Assembly (NCBI RefSeq): GCF_009914755.1
Contig: NC_060935.1
Source of the DNA: the human T2T-CHM13v2.0 reference genome, Homo sapiens
DNA: 64,000 nt
Reading direction: 5' to 3' (one strand)
The position numbers and the translations under genes are program-made. Shown in pieces: positions 29,885-45,296 of the stretch (the stretch's first letter is position 1; each line of letters starts with the position of its first letter). Below the pieces are notes generated by a model. The model worked only from the letters and a program-made list of their open reading frames with translations. It was not told the DNA's origin and searched no databases.

Positions 29885-30034
29885 CATTTTCTTTCATATT
29901 CAATTTTTGAATATTCCTGGAGATAATCACCTTGCTTAAAACTATTCTCTCCACTAGAATGTAAACATTATAAGAACAGATAATTTTACTGGTTTTGTTC
30001 ATAGAAATATTTTCAGCATTTAGAACATTGCCTG

Positions 30035-30512
30035 AGATGGGGTTCACAACACTCTACTCCAAAATATGGCACTTTGGCATATTGAATTTTTTAAGCTGAA
30101 GGAATTTGAGAAACAGCAAGTGCAGAAAGACTTTATGTCCTTCTCCCACCCTTCACCCCTGAAGCAGGTCATAAGACCCTCATGTGAGAGGTGCCCTTCT
30201 TAGACCTGGAGGGAAGGAGCATCCCTATCTCAGAGGAGTCTGAAGGAACAGGCCTTGCTAAGTTTACCTGAGTTTACTTATGCCCTTTGTCCTATCTTCT
30301 TTCTCTACAACTCTTCATTTTACATCAAACCTAGCATACGAACAGCCAGGTTTAACTGCTTCTTCAGGTCCTTAGGAAGGTTCCAGTGTTACATAAAACT
30401 TATATTAAATAAATGTGTATGCTTTTCTTTTGTTAATCTATTTTTAGTTACAGGGGCCCCAGCCAATGAACCTAAGATGGATAGAGGGAAAATATATATT
30501 TCCTCCCCTGCA
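30035..30512 (+). mobile_element. Solo LTR, ERV1 class (MER39-like)
   Basis: Shares blocks with 32690-33165 (cctgaagcaggtcataa, tcaaacctagcata, aataaatgt..atgcttttct), ends in CA, and splits an L2 3' end. Confidence 0.75.
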
Positions 30513-31248
30513 ATTGGAACAGTGAAAGTGCTAGATACACATTTATTGAATGAATGACTAGATGACTGAATGAATAAATCTTTTTAAATTTCCCTTAAGA
30601 TAAACTTTAAAATATTTACCATAGTTTACCAGGCTCCCCAAAAGGTGGCCTTTGCTTTCTTGTCTCATTTCTCCCTTATACTCTCAGTTCCATTTCAGTT
30701 CCTGTGTTCTGTGTCCACAACACTCTTCTCTTTCATTTTAGTTTGGCCAGCTCCCATCATTACTCCAATTTTTGCATGCCCACAATTCATTGAAGAGGCA
30801 ATTTTAAATATCACCTAAGTTAGCTTTTACTGTTATGGGCTCTCACACCATTCTGGCCTTCTCTGTTGTCAATATTCAGTATCTTATTATTACTTTCAAT
30901 ATTTGGAAAAATTATCTCCATGAGGGCAGGGATCCTCTTTATCCTATTTACTGCTAGCATAGGTACCTGTTAATTATAAGACAAAGGAATAACTGCTTGC
31001 TGTCCTCAATGAAAATAAGTTGAATTGAGGACATGGGCTATGTTCTGACCTCATCCTCCATTTATTTCTCATTTCTTTCATGTCTTCTTGGTTTTCATAC
31101 CAGATTCTTTATTTGTCTACCTAATTCTGGTGTTCCTAAGAATTTATGACTGCTATTGAGAATATGGCTGGCTTAAACATCATTTTAATGATTTTTATTG
31201 ATGAAGATACATTCTCATAATATCATTCAATCCTCTGCATACATGTTT

Positions 31249-31269
31249 ACACACACACACACACACACA
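31249..31269. repeat. (AC)10 microsatellite
   Basis: Perfect dinucleotide run. Confidence 0.9.
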
Positions 31270-32689
31270 TATTCACATGTATTTATGTGTAAAAAAAGGA
31301 ACCTGTAATCCTACCACCTGTAAACACCTTAACGTTAGGTAGCCTTCATTTAGGATATTTCTATGAAAAAAATATATACACATACAAAAAGTATATGGCT
31401 AAATATATAGGTAGACATTAATGTCAGTTGATTGCTACTTTAAGTTGTTTTCTGAACAATTGTTTAATTCCAGGTGGGCTGAGATCTCTTAGCCATGCTG
31501 ATAATCTTATAGGATTGTGTTGACATAAAATGAAATAACATTTCCAAGATGCTGCAAACAGTTCCTGTCACATAGAAAGCATTATATATGTACTGGTTGT
31601 TATTATCACAATGAAGGCACTGACCCAAAGGTAACTTGAGCTGTCACATTATAGGCTGAAGTAAGGTAACTATAAGCCAAGTGCATATAAGAAAGGCTTG
31701 CAATATTTCCTAAAACTGGCCCCAAGCCTTTCTGTGGCAGGCTTTGGAATAGCTGAAGCCATCAGGATGTTCTTCTAGCTAGCAATTCCGAGTGATGTGT
31801 TACTTTGAATCAGAGTCACTGAGGTGGGCTTGCACACAGCTATAGGCTCTTTGGAAAAGTGCTGTAGATTCCAGTTAAAGGTTAAACTTCACATAATATC
31901 AATGCAAAGGCATTTCTAGGTTTGGCATTTTTCCCCTACCCAGACCACCCACACACATACACACACTCACATGTATGCACCTAGCCAGAGACAAATCATT
32001 TTATTCTTCTGTCTGAAAACCTCCACTGGCCCCACACTGTCTATATAGGATAAATTCCAAACTCGTTAAAGGCTTTACTCACAGGCTGGCCTTAATACCT
32101 ACTTTAATCTTCATTTGTAACACTCTCCATCATTTTACTGGAGGTTGACACGTATTTACCGAAAGCTTACTCTATGTCAGGCATTGTATTAGGTGCTGAG
32201 ATTACAAATATGTTTAAGGGACAGCTATGTCCATGAGAGACTAACATTTCAGTAGGAGTGGCAGATATGTATACAGATCATTAAAATTTAGTTTGCAAAG
32301 TGATTTAAAGGGGAAAGCAGAATTTGTTTTAGAAATACAGAAGGGGAAACTTAGCAGTCTAAGTATATCAAAGAAAGCTTCATAGAGAAAGTAACACCTG
32401 AACAGAGTAAGGGAGGGTAAGTGGGAGTTACTCAAGTAAAGAAAGAGGGGTAAGCACATTCCAGGTGGAGAAGACAATATGTACACAGACAGGGAGGAAT
32501 AAAATAGCATTCTGTGTGGATGAGAATTATCAGCAGTCTTTGACAACAGAATGTAAAATGAAAGATGGAAAGCAGTGGTGATTGAAACTAGAAAGATCAT
32601 AGGAGGGTGGGAAAGAGGACATTTTGTATGTCATATTGAAAGCTTGGAATATATCATACAGAGTTATAAAACCAGTGGTAAGTTTTGAG

Positions 32690-33165
32690 TGATGGGATTC
32701 AGGACACACTACCCTGAAGTGTGGCACCTTGGCATTTGAGAAAACAGCAGAAGCAGGAAGGTAACTCTCACCTTCCCCCCAGCATTCTCCCCTGAAGCAG
32801 GTCATAAAACTCTCATTTGACAGGTTCTCTCTCTGTACCCAGAGGAAGTGAACATCTGTATATCTCTAAAAATGCAAGGTCACTGACAGCAATCTGAACA
32901 AACACGAATAGCTGAGTTCTCCCCAGCTAACTATCATTAGATCATGCTTTTTTAATCCAATCATACTCCTCAATGACTTACCACTTCTCTATCAAACCTA
33001 GCATAAAAATACACAAGTTTTCCTGTTTCTTTGTGTTTTCCTTTCCCTATGTAAAACTTATCTTTAATAAATGTACATGCTTTTCTCTTGTTAGTTTGTG
33101 TTTTGTTCCAAGGATTTAATCCACAAACCTAGGCTGGGAAGAAACGATAATTACTTTCTCCTACA
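32690..33165 (+). mobile_element. Solo LTR, ERV1 class (MER39-like)
   Basis: TG...CA termini, 4-bp TSD tgag, internal AATAAA. Confidence 0.82.
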
Positions 33166-33226
33166 TGAGCAAGGAAATAAAAAAGACAGATCTGTATTTT
33201 GGATACATTATTCAGTAGCAAGATCA

Positions 33227-33561
33227 TCTTCTCCCATCAGCACCTTCTTCAAGTAATGTGATGACACCATTTCTTGTGTGCTTGGAAAAAGTTTCAGCTT
33301 GCTGTCTCCTTTGTTGTTTTAAAGAAGTGTTAGACAAAGCATTGTTTGCAAAATCTAGGGAGATAATGGAGTACACTTTGATTTGTTATTCTGTGTGAGC
33401 TATGATCTAAGTTATTGGCTCTTTCCAACTTTAAAAATTTTTGTTGTTAAAAGCACCTTGCTTAGGAAATTTTAAATATTTATGTCTGCAACAATTGTCT
33501 CAAAATAATAAACTGTGCCATTCCTGTCATTAAAAAAAGACCTGAATTCTTCCTGAAAAAA
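33227..33561 (+). pseudogene. Probable 5'-truncated processed retrocopy of an mRNA 3'UTR, parent unidentified
   Basis: Non-repeat-looking insert with AATAAA and ATTAAA near its 3' end and a short A tail. Flanked by the direct repeat tagcaagatca (33216-33226, 33562-33572) and interrupts an L2 remnant. Confidence 0.7.
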
Positions 33562-35741
33562 TAGCAAGATCAAAAGTGGATTAAGAGGCATGTGGCATAA
33601 ATCTAGGGGCAAGGGAATAAATTGGAAAGTTACTGCAATATTTAAATATGAGATGATGAGAACACCTCTTCTGACACTGTTCTCCTACCTGCTTACCCAT
33701 ATACAGACATTCACATGTGCTGTTACCCCAGACTGAAATTTCTTCTTAGTTATTATTTGCTAAATATTTATATTTATAATTTAGGTCGCAGTTAATTTTT
33801 ACTTCTTCAGAGAGAAATTATATGACCACAAATTTAAATTACGACCTCTCGGATATTTCCATGTTTTTATTCCTGTTCTTTGACTTCATATATAATTTGT
33901 CAGTGAGGCACACAAATAGCCCATTAGCAAACAAAGAGCTGACTAGCCATGTGCATGTGTTGTTTTATGTCTCTTTCCCCACAAGATGGTAAGATGTATG
34001 AGGACCAGGATATAGGCAACAAGTGACACAGGAAGCATTGCTGTTTTTCCACCTCAATTTCTCAAGTACCTAATATTATAATGGAAATAGTAATAATAAA
34101 ATATTTATCTGTTGAAATAATGAAAGTGTGTGTTCATTCTCAATATCATAGTCTTACAGAACATGAGACAAAAAGTTACATCTGTATATTCATTCACAAG
34201 GTGCTTAGCCATGCAAGTTAGTTGACGATGCAAGACAGTTTTTTATTTTCACAATAATCCAGTTTAAAATTAGAAAAACATGTAAATAAATAGTATAAAG
34301 AAAAGATAGGAATACTGCTCCTCACCCTTCTTCAAGAAAACCAATCATAGTATTTTTTTCTTTTTGGCATTTTTACTGTGTGTGTGCACACAGGTACACT
34401 ATAGATCATCTATTCAACAAAATTTATTTAAGGCTTTGTGTTTAGAACTGGGGAAAACAGGATGAATAAGAGCATCAGAAAGCTCACAGTCTAATGGCAA
34501 AAATAAGATTCAAATGCGATCAAAAGGCACTTGGATGTTTTATTAAATCAGATTTTTTTTTTAAGAAAAGGAAAAGTCTCCTGTATACATACCAATCACC
34601 AAAGAAAGGTGAGCTGTCTTGAAAGACCCAGGATCATGGAATTTTTAATAACCAGACTTTTTAAATAAGTGAATACAACTACTATGAGTAAAATCATTCA
34701 TCCTGGGAGGGATGGAGTCTAATACTGATGACTTTATGATCTTCTAGCCTCTAGAAGTTTTGTGCTAAATCCATCTGAATTCTAAAACCACTAGACAACC
34801 TGACATACCACATGGAGGGCTCTCTGCCTGCAAGGCTTTTTTCCTCTTTTTCTTGCATACTCAGTTCATGGGTGCCCTCCTCATGCTCCTATGTCTATAA
34901 ATCTATGTCCTCTTATTATATTGTAATCATATTTTTACTTTTTTGCCTCCTTTATTAATCTGTGAACTTCATTAAGATAGAGGTAGTACTTTTATTTCTA
35001 TATTTTTATTTTAGTGGTAGGAAAATAAGCACATGAGTGCATTTAATAAATGTTTATTGAAGAAAAATTGGAAGACAGTATGAAAGGAATCATATTCTGT
35101 TTATATATTGTAAAAATTAGAAAAGACTATGAAATATAGACTGGAGAACATGATGACATATTCTTTAACATCTGTTGGCACAAAGAAGCAAAAGCTAAAA
35201 CAAAACAAAAAAGAAAAAAAATAAACAAGTAAAATCAAGTCTTTCCCTGTGCCAACAATACTTAAAAGCATATTAGTTGGAGACTCCTGATTTCAATTAA
35301 TAAAAACAATTAACAGAAGAAAAGAACTTTAGATGACATTCTGCCCAATTCGGTGATATCTTTTTGTTCTTGGATATGTCATGACATATTTTTCTCACTG
35401 GCTAAAACTTCTTTCTCTTCACCTAAAATGACACACATAACTGGGACCCTATTTAGGAACTTCTGGGAATGTCCTGGGCATGAGGGAAGAATGCCCAGTA
35501 GACAAGCTAGGAATACTGATCTAATTTTGGAGTGAAGACAGACATATAGGCAGATCTCTCCCAGAGGTCTGAAGATTTGAATAAGTAGCTCAGACTTTGG
35601 GAAGCTTGTGTTCCCAAGGAAATTATTTGTTCCATAAATAAGACTACCCAAGATGAGTAACGCTTGGGGATGTGACCCCCCTCTCCCACGTCTGCACCAT
35701 TTTTCAGTTAATTTATATGTGGTGAGATTGTGATAGATTAC

Positions 35742-35868
35742 CTGTGAGATCATCAGTGGGCCAAGACCCCAGTTGGCATGCCTTGCATGTGTACTCATCA
35801 AAGACATACTCATTCTCCTTACAAGGTGTACAGGTCCAACAACAGCTGACTTCTCCCTTTCGGATCAC
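35742..35868 (-). CDS. GRM5: GRM5 coding exon, 127 nt (exon 7), cysteine-rich domain
   Basis: Acceptor ccttag|GTGATC, donor CACAG|gtaatc. Translates VIRKGEVSCCWTCTPCKENEYVFDEYTCKACQLGSWPTDDLT(G). Its coding frame is absent from the ORF track; found by manual translation. Confidence 0.98.
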
Positions 35869-37952
35869 CTAAGGCAAATATTTGAAATTTAGATTTTTTT
35901 TTGCATAGATAAAAATCCAACAATTCTATATTCCAATGTGCTGTTTTGCAAAGCAGAAAGGCCTTTCACATACATTATTTTAAATGTTTTCAGATAAGCA
36001 GTACAATTTTTAATATTAATTTATAATTAAAGAAAATAAGGCTGAGTTTAAACAAGTCCAGCGTCATAAAGTTAGCTTGTGGCAGGATAAAGAATTAAAT
36101 TAAATGAAAGTCTTTGGATAATTAGCCTTGGAAACCTGTATTTAATTAAGTACCTGTGCTTGTGCTCATATGTAGATACACATAACTGAATTCACCCCAG
36201 GATCTGCTCTGCTTCTCCTTTCCTTAAGTTAAGAACTTCTGCTCCCTGGATTTACCTTAGCTTCCTTCCCTCCATTAGTTGAATAATTGTGAGCAAAAAA
36301 CATTGTATATTTCCTAATCTTCTAAAATCTGTCCATATTGATAAAAATAATTAGGAATTTGTATTGGGTAGAACATAGCAAAAGATTAAGATTTTCCTGG
36401 AGATGATCTCTTGATCTCTTTCTACGAAAAATCTGATTCAACAATTCAACCCATTCTTTCCTATTTTGGTAGCCTTGTTTTGTTTGAAGGTAGATGAGGT
36501 CACTGAGACTATTATATACCTCTTAATCTATCTGACTTTTTTAAGGTAATGGAAAATAATTGAAATAATTTAACAGTTGAAAGAGTCACAGATGTTATTC
36601 TTTCGAAATAGATGTACCTTTTCTTCCCCACCATTGGTGCATGAAAAGCCTCTCCGGAATAGACAGCATTCATTAAATGTTCTTTTAAATAATTAAAACT
36701 GTGATTAATATTCAGCAATGACCAGAGACAGTAATGATTACACTTTATATTTCTAGTCTTAGATGCTAACTCTAGTAATGACCTTTGATAATAACATCAG
36801 CTAGATACCTATAGCCAAATATAATTGTAAGCTGACAACTGTTTGTTACATTTTTGTAGTATTTCTTGTGTTGACTCTTAAAACTACAAAAATACAAGCA
36901 GGGAATAATGGCAAAAGGGCCTGAAATAGCTTTTCCCTAAAGTAACTAAATAAGTGAGGCAAAATTGCTCCTTAGACCTGATTAAAGTATTCTTCATAAT
37001 AATATCGACTATTTCCAGGCTCTTTAGTACTTGTCACATACTGTTATCCCATTAAAACATTAGAACAGCTCTGTATGAAGTAGCTGGTTTATTTTTTTCA
37101 TTTTCTTAGGGGAGAAAACTAAGGTAAAGTTAGCTCACATAGCATGTTAGGGTAAATAAGGGATCAAACAATGTATGTTGGACTTCAAATGCTCATGCTT
37201 ATAAACATTGAGTCTTACTGGAAGATAGACTGCGTGATATTTTGAAAGACGCAGGGGAAAGAGCACTGGCTTGGGAATCAAGTAGCACCAGGGTTCTAGT
37301 CTTATTTATAGCCACTAAGTAGTTGTGCAGCCTTGAGTAGTCCTCCAGCTAATGCTCAGTTTCTTTTAACTGGACCTGTTGCTTTTAAGATAATAATATC
37401 TACCTTATAGGATTTCCTTAGGATTAAATAAAACAACACAGTGATTTGTAAAGTGTAGAACACTCTAATAATGTTACCTATTTCATTAATAATATGCACA
37501 TAAATGTCCATATACAGAAATGAAGAATTTCATTTTCAAGGTATACCACACTTGGCAAAACTATCCTTGAACAATTATTAGATTTTGTAATGCAAACAGG
37601 CATATTGCAAAGCTGAAGGAGTGTCTTTCAGAACTTAGCAGGGATTAGCAAATAAAAGCAGTTGCATTTCCCCCCACTAGAAATACCTTGATTTCTTATG
37701 GTTCAGTTTTCATTGGTTTGTGAATTTCAGGTGTTTATTAAAATAAATTCATGCCCTTTTCCAAGAAGAATTCCAACATTACAATCTCTTTTTGAATCAA
37801 TAGTGATAACTTAATATGTTTTCCTCTGATAATTTAGAAATTGTTTTATGTTTTCATATTTTATGTTCTGTTTCACATCTATTTTGAACACGAGGTAGTG
37901 ACAATTCTCTTTCATGGCAATTTAACATTCTGGAAGTAGTGGTGCTTTCTTT

Positions 37953-38260
37953 TTTATTTATTTTATTTTTTGAGACAGAGTCTTGCATTGTTGCTTAGGC
38001 TGGGAGTGCAGTGGCGCCATCTTGGCTCACGGCAGCCTTGACCTCCCCAGCCCAAGAGAGCCTCCCACCTCAGCTTCCTGAATAACTGGGACTACAGATG
38101 TGTGCCACCATGCCCAATTATTTTTGTTCCTTATTTTTTTTGAAGAGATGGGGTCTCACTAAATTGCCTAGGCTGATCTTGAACTCCTGAGCTCAAGGGA
38201 TTCTCCCACCTCGGCCTCCCAAAATGTTGAAATTATACTCATGAGCCACTGCACCCACCC
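37953..38260 (-). mobile_element. AluJ-like
   Basis: Diverged Alu with J-type ttgacctcc and ctcaagggattctcc. TSD agtggtgctttcttt / agcggtgctttcttt. Confidence 0.9.
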
Positions 38261-38536
38261 AGCGGTGCTTTCTTTATGAATAACAATATATAACATATCT
38301 GAAACTTTACTAGACTAAATCCTTTCATGGAAACTAAGTTTACAAACTCTGGAAAATGCCATGAGATGTTGATATCATGAATGAAATCGCTGTTAAACCA
38401 TATTAAGAAAATCTTCTAAATTGTACATTTAATAGAGTAAAAATGACATCTGGTTAGGAAAATGGAGTTTGGGATTTTTAAAAAAGGACTAAGCAAATAT
38501 TATTACAAAATGACCAGTATTAAAAATATGATAATA

Positions 38537-38850
<314 letters not shown>

Positions 38851-38860
38851 TTACATTTTC

Positions 38861-39225
<365 letters not shown>

Positions 39226-39458
39226 CTAGAAGTTACATTTTCAAAATGTATTGCTGTGAAGGGTCAAAAATAAACAAAAATTATGTGGTAATTTACACTG
39301 TGTAATCTTTCTACAGGAAGCACTGGAAATTATGAATATGGATATTCTTGGTGTAATAATTCATGTAAATAATTGTACATGAATTTAAACCCCTCACAAT
39401 GAAGAGTTTAACTGCAAGATAATTGGCCAAGATGAAAACCTCTTTTGTCTTGATATAA

Positions 39459-39694
39459 CAAGTGTTAGCAAACTTTTTTTTGTACAAAGGACCAAATTGT
39501 AAATATTTAGGCTTTGGGCCATACAGTCTCTATTGCAACTCAGCAACTCAGCTATCCAACTCTGCCACTGTAGCAGGAAAGTAGCCATGGAGACTATATA
39601 AACAAATGAGCGTGGCTGTATTTTAATAAAACTTTATTTACAAAGACAGGTAGTAGGTCAGATTTAGTCTGTGGGCCATAGTTTACCAGCTGTT
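39459..39694. mobile_element. MER58-family hAT MITE
   Basis: gcaaactttt...gtaaatatttaggcttt...aataaaactttatttacaaa...gggccatagttt. Confidence 0.8.
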
Positions 39695-40248
39695 GCTGTA
39701 TACCATAATAAGACATACAGAAAATTTCAGATATCTAATATTTTGAGCCATTTAGCAGACATTAATTAATTTATTTTTATCTTCATTTACCTTATCTTTC
39801 TTCTTTCTGGTCTTATGCTTTCCAAATCTTCAGACCTACCCTTTGAGGGCCTTACTATCAGTATTAAAATATTTCAGTTTCAGTCTTAATCACAGATGAA
39901 AAAACACATGAAATGCCTTCTAAACAGAGTGAAGGTAAGGTTGATTGAAAACACCAAGTCCAATGGCTCTAGGAATACACTGCCTGAAATGTGGTGTGGT
40001 AGTGCTTCAAGAACTGTTTGATTAGCAAATAAATTATTTTGATATCATTTTTCCTTACGGCATTGCATACCAATAGCTGCCCTAACTCCCTTTTTATTAT
40101 ATCTTTGTCTTCTCTTCCTTCATTGAATTTTCATTTCCTGTAAGTGTGGCCACATCTTCTTTAGCCTAAGAGTAATTTTTTAATGTCCTCAAATTACCAA
40201 ATTATCCATTACATGCTTTTTTATCACATACTTCTTTTTCTTATACTC

Positions 40249-40780
40249 TTTATTTTTTTCAATTGACACATAATAATTGTACATATTTATGGGTTACATA
40301 GTGATGTTTTGATACACATATAACGATCAGATCAGGGTAATTAGCATAGCCATCATCTCAAATATTTATTATTTCTTCATGTTAGGAATGTTCAGTATCC
40401 TCCTTCTAGCTATTTGAAACTATAGATTACTTTTAACTGTATTCATCCTACAGTGCTAAAGAACACTAGAATTTATTCCTCCTATCTAGCTGTGATTTTG
40501 CTTCCTTTAACAAAGCTCTTCCTATCCCTCTCTTCCTCCTTCCCTTCCTACCCTCTAGTATGCTCTGTTCTAATTTTTACTTCTGTGAGATCAACATTTT
40601 TTATCTTGCACATATAAGTGAGAACACGTGATGTTTAATTTTCTGTCCTTGGCTTATTTCACTTCACATTCTGTTCTCCAGTTCTGTCTACGTTGCTGTG
40701 AATGACAGGATTTCATTCTTTGTTATGGTTTAATAGTATTCTATTATGTAGATAAACTACATTTTCCTTATCCATTCATC
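40249..40780 (-). mobile_element. L1MA-type 3' end
   Basis: aattgacacataataattgtacatatttatggg...atgacaggatttcattc...tccattcatc is typical L1MA 3'UTR. Confidence 0.8.
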
Positions 40781-42203
40781 TTGATACTCAATTGCCATTA
40801 CATTCTATTCAATCTGGCAGGCCCAGATGAAGGGTGAACCCTCAATTTTCATGCCTTTCCCTCATTGTTCCTCTTCTTTGACCTTTCTCTTCCACTGACT
40901 ACCATCTTATGTGACAGTGTGCTCTCTAGTTGTCTATCTCTCTGTACCTGTTGCTGCTCAGCCTCTACCTTTTCTTCCTTTTTTGTACTTTGAAAGCAGA
41001 AATTCTCCAAGGTATATTCTTGGTCCGTATTTATTTTTTATTTACACTTTTAGGTTCTGCAATTTTATTTATTTTAATAGCTTCAACTTTAACTCTATTC
41101 AATCAATTCCTAAATCTGTATTCTTAGCTTTATTTTTCATTGCTCTAGACTAAGCTTTTAATCACTGGATGGCTATTTTAAAACCAACATGCCCACAAAC
41201 TAACCAATCGCCTTTTCTCTAAAGCCATCCCCATTTTTCTATTCCTGGAAATGCAACCTTTTAGTTACTAACACTTAGAATTTCAGTTGATTGTGTTGAC
41301 TTCTTTATCTTCCACAACTCGGCATCAAATTGGTTGTCAGCCTGATTGAATCTACAAACGTTTTCTCCAAATGTGTCTTCTGGCCCCTTTTCATTCTGTT
41401 TCTTCCCTAATTCAAGGCCTTGTTACCACTATCACAGCATCCTTCTAACTTGTCTCTTCTTTCTTGTTTCATAAATTTGTTTATTCATCTTCCTTACCAC
41501 AGCTCAACTTATGCCAGCATCTTGGTCAAAATTATTCTCTGACTCCAGTTTAATAAAAATTAAGTTCAATGTATTTAGTATGATGTTCAAAACTCTCCAC
41601 AAATCTGGGTTCAACTTATTTCAACTTTCTCTTTTATAATAACCATTTAGAGCATTGCACTCTAGATTATTCACTTGTTTCTGGACAGTCTTCAATTGAC
41701 CACTTTTGTCCCTTTTCTTTTACTGTTCTTTCTATATGAATGTTCTCTCCCTGAAATCATATTCATTTTCTATGGTCCATTGTTTGACATTTTATTCAGT
41801 AGAAATATCTCTATCCCTTTTGTACAAACTTATATAGTCCTCTTCTTTTCTTTCTTAACAAAATCATCACATTTTACATGATATTGCTTATCTGTGTCCA
41901 TGATATTTTCTCACATAGACTGTAAGTCTTCTGACAATAAAGCGTGTCTCATTTATTTTTGCCTAATCAATATTAACTATTATATTAATAAACATTTGAT
42001 GAATATTTATTAAATAAATTAGAATTAGTGTCTTTTCTAACTGTAAACTTTATTCCCAGGAAGTCATGTCTTTAAAGGCTTGTATGAGCAGAAACGGTGT
42101 GGGCAAACATGACTCATCAACTGGTTCAATCAAACCAACTAATAAGACTATTGTGAGTTGCACATGGGATTTCACAAGGAATGAGTGAGAATTTCTGACA
42201 TTA

Positions 42204-42641
<438 letters not shown>

Positions 42642-44174
42642 CTATTTTACTTTCTCTGCAGAGACCATTTTTGTACTTTCAAGCTTACACCTGAAATAGA
42701 AAGTAATCCCATGTGAGAAGGTGACTTGACCCCAGCAGGATGAAAGACAGTTTCGAAATAACTTCAAGAAGTTTAAACGAGTACTGTTAGGCTTCTACAA
42801 AAGATAGAAAGGTTTTTGTCTGTATTCAAGTAAAATGATAAAACTTACATTTACTAACCAAGTGAGAAATTTGGTAAATCTTTCATCTTATTTTCAGCTT
42901 TAGGGGATATAGGGATAATTTACAGAGGGCCTCATTTTACCTTTCTTACTTTGCCCATTATCAATGGCTAAATTCATTGTACAAAGATAGTTTTGAGAGT
43001 GATGTTTAAAAAAGTTTGAAAATAGCTTCTAAAGCACCTCATGCAATGTAAACATCCTGGAAGAGAGTAGTTCCTTGTGAGTTCTCAGCCTTTGCTAGCT
43101 ATTGTTTTTTGAGTATGTGGATAGAAATGTAAAAAGAGAAAATCAATGTGCTAACTTACAAGCCTTTTCTTATAAGTAAGCTCATTTCTAGAGAAGAATC
43201 TCTGAAATAATTTTCCAATTTGAGGATATTGGATAAGCAATATCACCATTATCTCAGTTTCTACAGGTATGTCTCAGGTACACACTGTGTTCACATAATA
43301 TTTTATACTGTTTACCCCCTCAGGACTTATAGTACTGACAGATAGACATATAAATGCCTCCTCCAACTTCCAATGCTCAGCATGTGTAGCTATCTGGAAA
43401 CTGATATGAATGGAAAATGTTCTCGCTTTTGGATTCAAGTGATGAGATTACTATACACAAACCAATGTTCTGTACAGAAATACTGAGAACAAAACTGGCA
43501 TCAATCTATTGAAACTTATGTTATAAAATGATGCCATTCTGTTTTCACTCCCAGTCACATTTTTTACTGTAGTTTTTTTTTTTCTTCAGAATATTACCTC
43601 ATTCTTGTTTTGTTGGTTGTTCAGTAACTTGATAATTTTCCTGCAGTCAGTAACAATTTGGTGTAACTGTCTAAATTCTACTTCTAAATCAAAAATACCA
43701 ATTTATAGGATACTTTCCTTCCCTCTCGGTCACAATTATCCTTTGGCCTCTGTGCATGCAATGAGTTGAGATATTAGAGCACAGAGCACTGAGGTAAAAA
43801 GAACTCACGTATTATGTCATTGGCTACTTCAAATATATGAGCTTTAAGTATTCAAAGGGTGACTTTCTATGAGCAAATAACCTTTGAAGATTCTAGGATG
43901 GGAGAAAGAGAAATGTCAGTGTCAGACTTGTTTCTTTGCTGCTGATAATTTGAAGAAATATGTGGGTGTCATTCCTTACTCAAAAATGAGCTGTCAACTC
44001 TGTTTCTAGCAATTCTTAAGTCTGAAAAGTTTAGTTCACACTGTTAATTTTACAGATAATGGACTGAAGCTCAGTGAGGTTAATTAGTACAGATTACAGA
44101 GTATGTAAGCATCAGAGCTAGGACCTAAACCAAGCCTTTAGATTTCAAGTCTGCAGTTCCTTCTTCCTTATTAG

Positions 44175-44213
44175 ACTGCTCCAAATCCTGGGTACTGCTC
44201 CAAATCCTGGGTA
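44175..44213. repeat. Perfect 19-bp tandem duplication
   Basis: actgctccaaatcctgggt x2. Confidence 0.95.
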
Positions 44214-44865
44214 GAGCTAAGAGATCATATTTTCCTTGCTTAAATATTGTAAAAATTTGAACCAATTTATATTGTAAGGCTTTTATCTCTATATCCATGC
44301 CTCTTTGTTTTATGTATGACAAATAGTAAAAAGTAAAGAGATCCAGTTTTTGAAAAATAAACATGAAAACTCTATAGATTGGAAAATCACATTTGACAGG
44401 GAACTTGTTTTAAGGAAAGTTAAACCTTAATTTCAGTTGAACTCAATAAACTTGTTATAATTACATTAGAGACAATGAATCCTCTCTTTGGAATTAGCCT
44501 TTAGATTTCTAGTCATTGTTTCTTAATACAAGGCAAACACAAAGATATTATCACTCACAGCTTAAGCTGTGAAAATAGAACATTGCTTTAAAAATCTTGT
44601 TTTAGTACACTAAAAAAGAGAAATAGATAATATGTCTCCACAAAAGAATATTCTCCCGTTGACTTGTGAATTGGTATGAGCCCTTTTAATTTTCAGAGAT
44701 AGAATATAGCTTTTATTCTCCAACAAAAGGAAAATAAAGTGAGTGTTTAAAACATACTCTTACGTAACTTTTAGTTAAGAATCAAAAGACATAATGGCTT
44801 CTTGCAATCTTTAGCCATGATTCAATCTAGAAGACTGTATTTTGTTTTCCAATAAAATAACAGAA

Positions 44866-45173
<308 letters not shown>

Positions 45174-45296
45174 TCAGTGTGCTCTTTGTTTTTGATGGCT
45201 TTAGTAAAGATCCAACTTGCACATATTCAGTGTCAGAAGCAAAGATTAGTGTGTCATTCCAATCACAAGACACTTTAATATAAATCTCCAGCCCAG

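Noticed and set aside
30035-33165. A two-LTR provirus
   Set aside because: The spacer is L2/MIR/unique DNA and the right LTR has its own TSD.
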